DNA of 60,159 nucleotides, the filler included. It is 4 parts of 4 records of this genome, joined end to end, with 100 filler letters (N's around TTAATTAATTAA, not from the genome) between each part and the next. Parts side by side here need not be neighbours in the genome. Positions count along the whole stretch, not along the records: positions 36,286 to 60,159 come from DRR723986_5893; 3 more parts are not named here. One strand, written 5' to 3'. A model generated the notes under the pieces. The model searched no databases. It had not been told where the DNA came from and saw nothing but the letters and a program-made list of their open reading frames with translations. Of the stretch, positions 46,452 to 55,289 are shown in pieces (the first letter of the stretch is position 1; the number at the start of each line of letters is the position of its first letter). The position numbers and the translations under genes are program-made.

Positions 46452-49400
46452 CTAACGGATCACCTCAATACGCTTATTCACAGGGTCCAACTCCAAGGTA
46501 GCCGCTTTCGCGAGCGCAGCATATTTGCCCTCACCCACGCCGATAGCCGCTGCCAGCCCATACTCTGCGGCACGAATGGCCATGTGTGAATTGGCGCCAC
46601 CGTACATAGTGATCAAGCCCACAATACCTTGACCAAACAACCAGTCGTAGCCGGGGTCTGCTTGAGGGATGAGAGCGATCTTACCCTCAAGTACTTGCGC
46701 ATCGCCCTCTGGCGAAGTCGACAGTTCCTGACAATCGGCTGCCACTCGCTGTTTACCGACGAAATTGGCTTGCGCCTCTGAATACACAAACAAATAGAAA
46801 TCCGATTCAGACAGCAACAGTGGCGGCAGCTCGACCATAGCAGCCGCGCGGCCGAAACAAGCCCCCTCGCTCGCCTGTGCCGCAAGCCAGGAGGCCGCCT
46901 GACCTGACGGCACCGATCCACTTCGGAGTATAGCGAACGCCTCGAGAGGAATGTCCGCCACCTGCGTACGATCCAGCTTATAGTCCGCCCCCATACAAGC
47001 CAGCGCTTCCAAGGCCAGAGATAGATAGCGAGTAAATACAAACTTCGCCTTCTCTCGGCCCTCAATAGCGCCTCGCATAAACTGCTCAAGCAGCTCTATG
47101 TCCGAAGGCAGGCCGGCCTTTGCCATCGCTCCAGCAAAGGCATCCCTTTCCGCATTCCAACTGATCATGTCCGGCTCTGCGCACGAATCCGACGCATGGG
47201 CTTCTGCACGTAATACCGCTGGCGCAAGATATTGCTCCGGATTTGTGTCATAACGCGCCGAGGTGATGTCATAAGTACCGGGTCGAAGATGGCCGTATAG
47301 GGCAATTAAGTCTGCAAATGCCATGTCCTGACGCGCTACTCGAATCAAATCGTCCGTAAAGCGATGAGATACAGTGCGGATGGAGTTCATGAATTCATCC
47401 ACGGCCGTTGGTGACAAAACACCTGTATGAACGGCCGATTTCAGCAACGTGACGGCAACAAAGCCACTCCGCGCCAAGTGAGCAAAAACCAGAGTGCCAT
47501 AGCGTTTGCACTCCTCAAGAAGCATAAAAGCTTTTTCCAGGCCGGCGACAGGTTCCTGTTCGAAGCTGGCAAAACGCGCTTCGACATTCCGTACTGCCCG
47601 CAGATCTCTTTCCGTTCTTGCAATAGCGCCAGTAGTGATGCTTCGCAACCCGGACTCAAGTTGCTCCACCTCGTTGTGGTCGAAGCCTCCTTCTGTAATT
47701 AACCGATCGCGCCAACGCTCGAAATCAAGTGCCAGGCACGTAGGCACAACCTCAAATTCGACCTTATCATGTAAGTGGGGGTGCTGTTTAAGCCACTTCA
47801 GATAGAAGTTAACCAGCCGCCGGGCCAAGTCATCACTCACACTGGCCGGAACAAACGAATTGAAGCTGGCACGGATATCGATGTACGGGTGCCCCGCAAA
47901 CATTTGCAACAGAGGCTGTGGACGGACATCCCGATAACCGTACTCCGCGCGCTGAGTTGCCCATACATCATCGAGAATAAGGTAGCGATAAAGACTCGCG
48001 GCAAGCCGTCCCGGCCGGGTTCCGATAATTTCAGCCGGATTCCAGTCGGGCATAACACCAAACAAAGCTTGATCTCCGACTACAAACGGGCCCGTCAGTT
48101 GCAACTCCCGGAAACGCTCAACCGCGTCTTGCAGCAGATACTCCCCCTGTGCATTTTGATCCGACTCATGCTGAACTGCAATCGGGCGTACTTGAAGCAC
48201 ATGCACAACTCCGCCAACGGTCAGGGCGAATTCAATATCAAGCGAATCGAAATCGAGTAGATCTTCTATTTCTCGGAGCGCAGGCAGCAAGCCCCTTAGG
48301 TTAACCGGCACAGAGACTAGCTGATCCGGCGCATCCCGCCGCACAATCAGTGTTTTATGCTCGCGACTTGCCCCGCTGGTGATTGACTCTGTGCTACGAG
48401 TGGTGTCGTCGTAATTTATGACGTAATAAGGCGCACCGGAAGATAGGGTTTTCGTGAAGGCAACACCACTGGCAACAACATCCTCCAGCATCGGCTGAAC
48501 CAGCACCTGGTTATCCGGATCGCCATCCGGATATGAGCCGATTACGGCTTCAATAGCGGAGCGCAAATCCCCACAGTTGTGGCGATCAACGCGGAGAATA
48601 CTGGTATAGGCGCCGGCGTTTGACACACCAAAGCCATCCTCTGACAACGCACTGCTACGGACCACAACTTTATCCTGCCCCGCCAGAGCGCCACCAATTT
48701 GTGCCAGAATACCGTCTTGATCCAGCTGCCAGTCTGACACCGTGAAACTAACCTGATCTTCTATTCGACTACGAGCAACGATACCTTGCAGCCTATGAAG
48801 GGTTTGGGCTTTGGTTCCAAGCACAAAACGACTCAGATCATTGGCTTCATTCAACTCAGCCCATTCGCCAGCGACATCAACGGCTTCGACCTGAAATCCG
48901 CGAACTCTGAGATACTCCAGCAACTGTGTCAGGTTGCCATTTCGGATTGAATCGGGAATGCCTGGGGTATCCCTCAGAAATCCGGCCACTCTGCCCGTCA
49001 GGCGAACCAGACCAACAAACTCTCCATCGGCCAACTCGGGGTCTATATCTCTACCGAGCCGGGTGACAACTCCATCAACTACATTCACCTTTTCGCAGCG
49101 GGCAATATCCTTATCCGACCTTCCCTCAAACCTGGATCTCCAGCAGGAGTCCACAAGCACCGCAATGTCTGCCGAGCTCGTGGCAAGAGCTTCAGCCGCC
49201 GATTCACGGAACAAAATATCGGCGTACGACACGAAGTGTGTCTCGGAGGCGTTTAACGGAGCCTCAAGCAGAGAGGCAGCAGCTCCGGTCGTTTCCCAAC
49301 GGGGATTCACTGTGTAATGGAGCTTCGGATAGCGCCGGGACACAGCGTCAAGCTGATACCCCCCCACGAAGTGAACCTCGGGCTTGATGGATCGCATGGC

Positions 49401-49532
49401 ATGTAACAACCAGTCCAGCACTCTGCGCCGACCAGTCGCACCGCGCAAACCACTGTGCTGTTCACCTTTGAATGGTTTTCCGGCACCCAGAATTATTAGG
49501 CGGGGTTGATGATGATCCAAACTGAGACTCAC
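46452..49532 (-). CDS. PEP-utilising-fold L-glutamine kinase (Cj1418-like) with fused N-terminal nucleotidyltransferase domain; start uncertain (GTG 49532)
   Basis: GTKAQTL, VVRSSALSED, DIEFA, LQVRP, VMPDWNPAEIIG, YGHLRPGTYDI and phosphohistidine motif GGANSHMAIR. N-terminal IILGAG...SYADI...WAELN domain. Confidence 0.88.
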   Translation of the reverse strand: MSLSLDHHQPRLIILGAGKPFKGEQHSGLRGATGRRRVLDWLLHAMRSIKPEVHFVGGYQLDAVSRRYPKLHYTVNPRWETTGAAASLLEAPLNASETHFVSYADILFRESAAEALATSSADIAVLVDSCWRSRFEGRSDKDIARCEKVNVVDGVVTRLGRDIDPELADGEFVGLVRLTGRVAGFLRDTPGIPDSIRNGNLTQLLEYLRVRGFQVEAVDVAGEWAELNEANDLSRFVLGTKAQTLHRLQGIVARSRIEDQVSFTVSDWQLDQDGILAQIGGALAGQDKVVVRSSALSEDGFGVSNAGAYTSILRVDRHNCGDLRSAIEAVIGSYPDGDPDNQVLVQPMLEDVVASGVAFTKTLSSGAPYYVINYDDTTRSTESITSGASREHKTLIVRRDAPDQLVSVPVNLRGLLPALREIEDLLDFDSLDIEFALTVGGVVHVLQVRPIAVQHESDQNAQGEYLLQDAVERFRELQLTGPFVVGDQALFGVMPDWNPAEIIGTRPGRLAASLYRYLILDDVWATQRAEYGYRDVRPQPLLQMFAGHPYIDIRASFNSFVPASVSDDLARRLVNFYLKWLKQHPHLHDKVEFEVVPTCLALDFERWRDRLITEGGFDHNEVEQLESGLRSITTGAIARTERDLRAVRNVEARFASFEQEPVAGLEKAFMLLEECKRYGTLVFAHLARSGFVAVTLLKSAVHTGVLSPTAVDEFMNSIRTVSHRFTDDLIRVARQDMAFADLIALYGHLRPGTYDITSARYDTNPEQYLAPAVLRAEAHASDSCAEPDMISWNAERDAFAGAMAKAGLPSDIELLEQFMRGAIEGREKAKFVFTRYLSLALEALACMGADYKLDRTQVADIPLEAFAILRSGSVPSGQAASWLAAQASEGACFGRAAAMVELPPLLLSESDFYLFVYSEAQANFVGKQRVAADCQELSTSPEGDAQVLEGKIALIPQADPGYDWLFGQGIVGLITMYGGANSHMAIRAAEYGLAAAIGVGEGKYAALAKAATLELDPVNKRIEVIR

Positions 49533-49727
49533 TATTCCGAGGAGAAGAAGTTCTCTGCTGCTATCCTGCGCCAAGCAAATATCAACGTCATGGCAGTACA
49601 CAGACCATCAAACAGCGGATGGCATACAATTTTAAATGATATCATTGGTGATAAAGCAATAATCTGAATCAGAGCCACAGCTATTCGTTCATCGGCAACA
49701 GGCTGGGGTGGCAGAAAGGACAATACC

Positions 49728-51155
49728 ATGAGGCAACGCTCACACCATATCACCGCAAACCTCGAGCAAACCGTCATCGAGAATGGCTTTTGCGTCGGCT
49801 GTGGTGCCTGTGCAGCCATTCCAGAATCGCCATTCTCCATATCTCTGAACGGAAAGGGGCAATATCAAGCGTCAGCAGATAAAAAAATAGATAACTCCCG
49901 CCCTGTAATTCAAGATTGCGTCGGCAAAGTATGCCCTTTTTCAGATAGCGCTGCTAACGAAGACAGCATTGCCCATGACCTTTTTGTAAACACTTGCGAT
50001 AGGCATACCGAGGGACTTGGTTATTTCCAAGCGATCTATGGTGGGCACGTTATTCAAGACGGCTTCCGGGAACGGGGAAGTTCCGGCGGGTTCGGATCCT
50101 GGATTTTAAACGAATTGCTGGAAACAAAGGCTGTTGATCACATTATTCATGTACGCCCATCCGAGGCGCTTGGGGCAGGTCACCCACTGTTCACTTATCA
50201 AGTTTCCAGCTCTGCCCGGGAAGTAGCACTGGGAGGTAAATCCCGATATTACCCGATTGAGCTATCGCAGGTTCTGAAACACGTTCGCGAAACGCCTGGC
50301 CGCTACGCCATCATAGGACTTCCTTGTTTCATCAAGAGTGTTCGTCTTCTTCAACGCCAAGATCCGCTTATAAAAGAAAGGATCAAATTCTGTATCGGTC
50401 TGGTTTGCGGTCATCTCAAAAGTACTCAATATGCCGAGAGCCTTGCCTGGCAGGCGGGAATTGAGCCTCAGAGCCTGAACCGCATCGACTTTCGCGTCAA
50501 AGACAACACAGAAAGAGCAGATCGGTATTGCACATTGGCTGCAAGCAACAAGGAAGAGCGGATAATCCCTACCAAAGAGCTTAAAGGAACAGACTGGGGG
50601 GCGGGCGCGTTCAAATATAAGGCCTGTGATTTCTGCGATGATGTATTTGCCGAAACTGCCGACATGGTGCTGGGCGATGCGTGGCTACCGCAATTCGTTG
50701 GTGACCCCCTGGGCACCAATGTCCTCGTTGTCAGAGATCAGCGCCTGGACGCCATCCTGCGATCTGCAGCGGAAGCGCGCCGGATCCAAATTAATTCCCT
50801 GCCAGAGACAGAAGCATTGACGTCTCAGGATGCCGGGTTAAGACATAGACGTGAGGGTCTGGGGTACCGACTACATCTTGAAAAAATGACTGGGAACTGG
50901 GCCCCAAAAAAGCGCGTCCCTGCCTCACCTCGAGGAATTCCCCCAAGAGAAAGACGACGGCAGGAAATGCGAATCAAAATGCGGGAACTTTCCCATAGCT
51001 CGTTTCAAAAAGCTAAACACGCCAACGATATTTCGCTTTATATTGAGCCCTTCACCAAAGCTTACAGAGAATACAAAAAAATCAAACCAAGCCGGTTCAA
51101 CAAACTGGCATTAAAGACAAAGCGGTTCATTCAGAATTTAGCGGGACGCTCATGA
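49728..51155 (+). CDS. Coenzyme F420 hydrogenase beta subunit (FrhB/FdhB)-like Fe-S flavoprotein
   Basis: CVGCGAC...CP ferredoxin motif, GSSGG, SRYYP, GLPC, GLVCG and CDFCDD motifs. Confidence 0.88.
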   Translation: MRQRSHHITANLEQTVIENGFCVGCGACAAIPESPFSISLNGKGQYQASADKKIDNSRPVIQDCVGKVCPFSDSAANEDSIAHDLFVNTCDRHTEGLGYFQAIYGGHVIQDGFRERGSSGGFGSWILNELLETKAVDHIIHVRPSEALGAGHPLFTYQVSSSAREVALGGKSRYYPIELSQVLKHVRETPGRYAIIGLPCFIKSVRLLQRQDPLIKERIKFCIGLVCGHLKSTQYAESLAWQAGIEPQSLNRIDFRVKDNTERADRYCTLAASNKEERIIPTKELKGTDWGAGAFKYKACDFCDDVFAETADMVLGDAWLPQFVGDPLGTNVLVVRDQRLDAILRSAAEARRIQINSLPETEALTSQDAGLRHRREGLGYRLHLEKMTGNWAPKKRVPASPRGIPPRERRRQEMRIKMRELSHSSFQKAKHANDISLYIEPFTKAYREYKKIKPSRFNKLALKTKRFIQNLAGRS

Positions 51156-52303
51156 AAGTTGCGATTCTTACACAGCCTTTGGGCCACAACTACGGTGGAA
51201 TATTGCAGGCTTACGCAATGCAGACAGTTCTTCGTGAACTTGGTTTCGAGCCAGAGACGATCGATAGGCGAAAACCCACAGGCTGGCGGAAGGTAGCACG
51301 CGACTACGTCAAGTACTCGATAAAAAAACTGCGCAGACGGATAAAAACAATCCCTACAGAAGCCAGAAAAAGCTACATTTACAGCAATCTTGAAGAGTTT
51401 CGGTCTATTCACCTGAAGATGTCACCAGTACTGACTTCTTCAGGTGATCTCTTGCAATACTGCGAAAATCAAAGTTTCGATTGTTATCTGGTGGGCAGCG
51501 ACCAAGTGTGGCGACCAAGATATTCACCTTGCCTCTCAAATTTCTTTTTGGATTTTGCTGCAAACACCACTTTCAGCGACAAAACCAAAATAAGCTACGC
51601 AGCATCGTTTGGCGTTGATCAGTGGGAGTTTTCAGACACTCAAACGATGAATGCAAAGTCTCTGCTTCAAGGATTCAGCGGCGTATCTGTTCGGGAAAAA
51701 TCAGCCGTGTCACTTTGTCGAGAACATCTTGGCGTGAACGCCGACTGGGTATTGGATCCGACTCTTTTGCTAAGTCGGTCCCACTACCAGGCCCTTATCG
51801 GCAATGGCACCGAATCCCCAAAACAAGCGGGAATTCTTCGCTACGTTCTGGACGAAAGTGAGACCAACAACACAGTCATTTCAAAAGCTGAAGCATTGCT
51901 CGGCATCGAGAGTTTTTCCGTAAAGCCCCATAAAACGCTTCAGGACTCGACACTCAACGATATCCACGCCTGTCAATACCCTCGGGTTGAGTCATGGATC
52001 CAGGGATTTCAGGATTCCAAATACGTAATCACAGATTCGTTCCACGGAACCGTTTTTGCCATTCTATTCAACAAACCATTTCTTGCGCTTGGCAATCAGG
52101 GACGAGGCTTGTCACGGTTTCAATCACTTCTTGGCCTACTGGGACTAGAACAGCGACTGATTACCTCTAAGACAGACTTGAATAAGGAGTTACTTGAAAC
52201 GCCGATCGACTGGCAGATCGTAAACGAACGCTTGATTCCGGCAATCAAGGAATCTAGGGCATTTCTGGTTAAACACCTGAAGGCAAGACGCGCAGATGAA
52301 TAG
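51152..52303 (+). CDS. Polysaccharide pyruvyl transferase family protein
   Basis: NYGGILQAYA, VGSDQVW, SYAASFG, SVRE, DPTLLL and TDSFHG motifs. ATGA coupling. Confidence 0.92.
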   Translation: MKVAILTQPLGHNYGGILQAYAMQTVLRELGFEPETIDRRKPTGWRKVARDYVKYSIKKLRRRIKTIPTEARKSYIYSNLEEFRSIHLKMSPVLTSSGDLLQYCENQSFDCYLVGSDQVWRPRYSPCLSNFFLDFAANTTFSDKTKISYAASFGVDQWEFSDTQTMNAKSLLQGFSGVSVREKSAVSLCREHLGVNADWVLDPTLLLSRSHYQALIGNGTESPKQAGILRYVLDESETNNTVISKAEALLGIESFSVKPHKTLQDSTLNDIHACQYPRVESWIQGFQDSKYVITDSFHGTVFAILFNKPFLALGNQGRGLSRFQSLLGLLGLEQRLITSKTDLNKELLETPIDWQIVNERLIPAIKESRAFLVKHLKARRADE

Positions 52304-52337
52304 CTATGCTATGCGCCGGCTTTCCAACTAATCCCTT

Positions 52338-53216
52338 TCACCTCTTAAGCTTGGAAACCAACAAGCGTCGCCAAGCTCTCAGATCGAGCGGACGAACTCG
52401 CAACAGCATTTTTAGCGTCTTTTCATATGACCGCCGCCATCCGGCCAGCTTCTGGCGTTTCGCAACGAGATTCAGGTAACGTGAAGCAAGTTTCGGATGC
52501 CCCAAAAGAAACGCTTCATGGCGCGCCAGCACTTGGGTATCGCAATCAGCCTGTCGCTGAACATTCGCATCTGTACTCAAACGCGGCCCTGAATGAACAA
52601 AAAAATTGACCAGTCTATCCGGAACGCTCGCGCAGCCCACACCGGAAGAAAGTAACCTGAACACCAACTCCCGATCCTCCGAAACGGCAAGGCTTTCATC
52701 AAATCCGCCGCACCCTACGAAGACCTCTTTCCGAAAAATCATACCGGTCGTACGGGTATAGGCACTGGCCAAGAAGGCGTCTTCTGTACCTGATCCTGCT
52801 TTAATCAGACATGGGTGCTGCTGCGCAACGGCCTCGCTACACTCAACCATGTTTATAACCCTCAATGCGGGCCAGGCAAAACCAATCTCTTCTCCGTGGC
52901 AAGCAAAATGCGCTAACATTTTCGCCGCATATTCCGGCTCAAACGTGTCGTCATCGTCCAAGAAAGCGACAAACTCAGACGATGCCAGCCGCGCTCCGAC
53001 ATTACGTGAAGCGGCAGCGCCATGACTATTTGAATTTCGGTAAAAAGTCATCCGCTCATCTTTAGTGTTTACACAAAACTCGACGGGCTCATCGCTTGCA
53101 TCGTCAACGACGATCAATTCCCAATCATCGATAGTCTGCTCTACTACTGAGGATATTGCAGCAACCAACATTTCATAACGGTTGTGGGTCGGTATGACAA
53201 ACGAAAGTTTTGGCAT
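52338..53216 (-). CDS. Glycosyltransferase family 2
   Basis: VIPTHNR, VVDDAS, FLDDDD and GGFDE...ED motifs. Confidence 0.92.
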   Translation of the reverse strand: MPKLSFVIPTHNRYEMLVAAISSVVEQTIDDWELIVVDDASDEPVEFCVNTKDERMTFYRNSNSHGAAASRNVGARLASSEFVAFLDDDDTFEPEYAAKMLAHFACHGEEIGFAWPALRVINMVECSEAVAQQHPCLIKAGSGTEDAFLASAYTRTTGMIFRKEVFVGCGGFDESLAVSEDRELVFRLLSSGVGCASVPDRLVNFFVHSGPRLSTDANVQRQADCDTQVLARHEAFLLGHPKLASRYLNLVAKRQKLAGWRRSYEKTLKMLLRVRPLDLRAWRRLLVSKLKR

Positions 53217-53222
53217 AATCGA

Positions 53223-53897
53223 TTACTTTGGCCTATTTGTAGATTTCAAACCTTCAGGTTCAAATCGGAAATTTGACAGACAATCCAAAGCCGACTCATG
53301 GACAACACCAAGCTGGGCAGGGAAAAAATCAAGATCAGCTGCGATAGCGATTGCTAACCTGTGATTGCCTTTACCACCAAAATATGGCTGACAGCCTGGC
53401 CCAATGTGGATCAGTACTCCGCCCTCTTCTCGGAAATTCCCTCTTACCAACTCCTTTCGAGTCCTAAGCTGCCCCTCTTTGACAACTTGCTCATATAAGT
53501 CGTCAAGCTGTTCATAGCGCTTGAGAACATCCTGACGACTTGAGAGGCGATCAACCTTTCCATTTTTTTCGATCCACGACATCATTTGATCTATCAATCC
53601 GGTTTCCTCCCAGCTTACTCCCCCCCGCCAGTGCTCGAGGCAGCACCGAATCGTTACCCACTTGCATAGTGGCCGCGCAAGGTCTTGAGGCCAATCGGAA
53701 ACCACTCGCGCACTTTGCTTGGAGCTCCATTTTTTCAAGCCAGCTTCGACATCACGAGTACGCACCCACAGCAGCTCTGCATATTTAGGAGCGCCTGCCC
53801 CGAACTCTCCTCGGTTACGGGCATCTTTCCTACTTGCCCTGATTCGTGTGCTCCAATTACGACGCATCTGCGCCAGACGACTTTTCTCGGTAATCAT
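53223..53897 (-). CDS. Hypothetical protein with a ParB/Sulfiredoxin-like GxHR motif; start uncertain
   Basis: LYEQVVKEG...VLIHIG...GKGNHRLAIA...PAQL pattern. Co-oriented with the downstream GT2, 6 bp apart. Confidence 0.6.
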   Translation of the reverse strand: MITEKSRLAQMRRNWSTRIRASRKDARNRGEFGAGAPKYAELLWVRTRDVEAGLKKWSSKQSARVVSDWPQDLARPLCKWVTIRCCLEHWRGGVSWEETGLIDQMMSWIEKNGKVDRLSSRQDVLKRYEQLDDLYEQVVKEGQLRTRKELVRGNFREEGGVLIHIGPGCQPYFGGKGNHRLAIAIAADLDFFPAQLGVVHESALDCLSNFRFEPEGLKSTNRPK

Positions 53898-54065
53898 AAG
53901 ACGTTGAGTCCGGAATCTATGAAGCGATGTATTTTTTCTACTGGCAAAGCTATTTGCCCAAACCACCCGCGCGCCGCTGCATTCAGTTCTTGGCCACTAT
54001 CGGAGCAACAACGAAAAACGTATAATCGAAGCATCGCTTTAAAGTTATATTTCAGAGAGTTACAA

Positions 54066-55289
54066 ATGTCAGCCATGAACTCTCGGGATAAGATCATTCA
54101 TCTGATCGCGTTAAGTCCCGGTATCTATATAATGACGGCAATGTGGCTGATCCCTGAGGGGTACAAATACGTCCCAGTCGCAATCATTTTGGCCATACTG
54201 GCCTTTCTCGCACTAAAGGGCTGGAACCACTTACCTCGCGCCAGCACCAACCCCAGAAAACCTTATGTCATTCTGATACTCGTATCAGCTTTTTGGTTCG
54301 GCTTAACTTACAAGATCAACGACGGCAGCATATCTCAGCTCAGGGCCTTGGCTTCGGTGGCAGTCTACATGGCATTAGTCTACCGATACGAATTTCCACT
54401 TCCGATATTAAGAGCGAGCGTATTTGCCTCCTGTTTCACATTATCCCTTATCTGCTTGTATCAATTCTTTTTTCTTGACATCAACAGGGCAACGCTAAAC
54501 TACAACCCAATCCCATTTGCAACCGGGCTAGCATTCTTCATGGCTGTCAGTTGCGCACTGGCATTCAGGGAGGAAGGCTGCGTCAACTCATTGGATATAA
54601 CTGCGGCGCTGCTCTCCCTCGCAGCTATTGCCACAACGGGTACCCGAGGTGTTTTAGCTCCTGCAATATTGGTGGCTTTGATTACCATTTGCTGGGGCAT
54701 GAGCGTCACCAATCTCTCAGGCAAAGTCAAAGCGGTAGTCGCAGCTCTCCTTTTGACATCTCTGCTTGGAGGCTCACTGTACGTGTCGCAGGGTCGAATC
54801 GAACTGGCCGTCGCTGATTTCGAGAAGATACAGGAAGGCGAGTACAGTGGCTCAATCGGACTGCGAGTCCAGTTTTGGAGAGGGGCAGTTGAGCTCGCCT
54901 CATTAGATCCATTTACAGGTATAGGAAACCAGCATTTCGAGGAATTCCAGAGACTGGGAGAACTCGGACAGATAAACCAGCAGGCAATGGAATACGCTCC
55001 CTATCATTACCATAATCAGTATCTGGATGACCTTGTCAAACGAGGGATACCAGGATTCGCGATTCTTCTAGCTACTCTGGCACTGCCTGTGGTGTTGTCA
55101 CTGAAACGTACTCCCAGAAATTCTTGGCAAAGACGCTCCATCTCACTAATCGTAATGATGACAGCAACGGCAGGCCTTACCGATGTCCCGCTGAATCACC
55201 CCCCCGTCATTTTCACCTTTTTTGTTCTTACGTTCTGTCTACTCCCAGCCACGAGATATAACGAACGTCAGCATATTACACGCCGATAG
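54066..55289 (+). CDS. waaL: O-antigen ligase family protein
   Basis: About 12 TM helices, NPIPFA, TGTRG, SIGLRVQFW and HYHNQYLD (Wzy_C) motifs. Confidence 0.85.
   Translation: MSAMNSRDKIIHLIALSPGIYIMTAMWLIPEGYKYVPVAIILAILAFLALKGWNHLPRASTNPRKPYVILILVSAFWFGLTYKINDGSISQLRALASVAVYMALVYRYEFPLPILRASVFASCFTLSLICLYQFFFLDINRATLNYNPIPFATGLAFFMAVSCALAFREEGCVNSLDITAALLSLAAIATTGTRGVLAPAILVALITICWGMSVTNLSGKVKAVVAALLLTSLLGGSLYVSQGRIELAVADFEKIQEGEYSGSIGLRVQFWRGAVELASLDPFTGIGNQHFEEFQRLGELGQINQQAMEYAPYHYHNQYLDDLVKRGIPGFAILLATLALPVVLSLKRTPRNSWQRRSISLIVMMTATAGLTDVPLNHPPVIFTFFVLTFCLLPATRYNERQHITRR

Noticed and set aside
46452-49532. PEP synthase / pyruvate phosphate dikinase or a phosphonate pathway
   Set aside because: No pyruvate-binding TIM-barrel domain: the phosphohistidine domain is C-terminal as in Cj1418. 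No PEP mutase gene is present.
49635-49646. AATGATATCATT palindrome as a Fur box
   Set aside because: One base shorter than the Fur 7-1-7 geometry with poor flanks, in AT-rich DNA where it could arise by chance.
49728-51155. True F420-reducing hydrogenase
   Set aside because: No large/small hydrogenase subunits or maturation genes, and the context is polysaccharide biosynthesis.
53685-54065. 127-aa N-terminal extension of WaaL in the ORF track
   Set aside because: Overlaps the opposite-strand gene and the divergent promoter region. The hydrophobic WaaL sequence begins at ATG 54066/54075.
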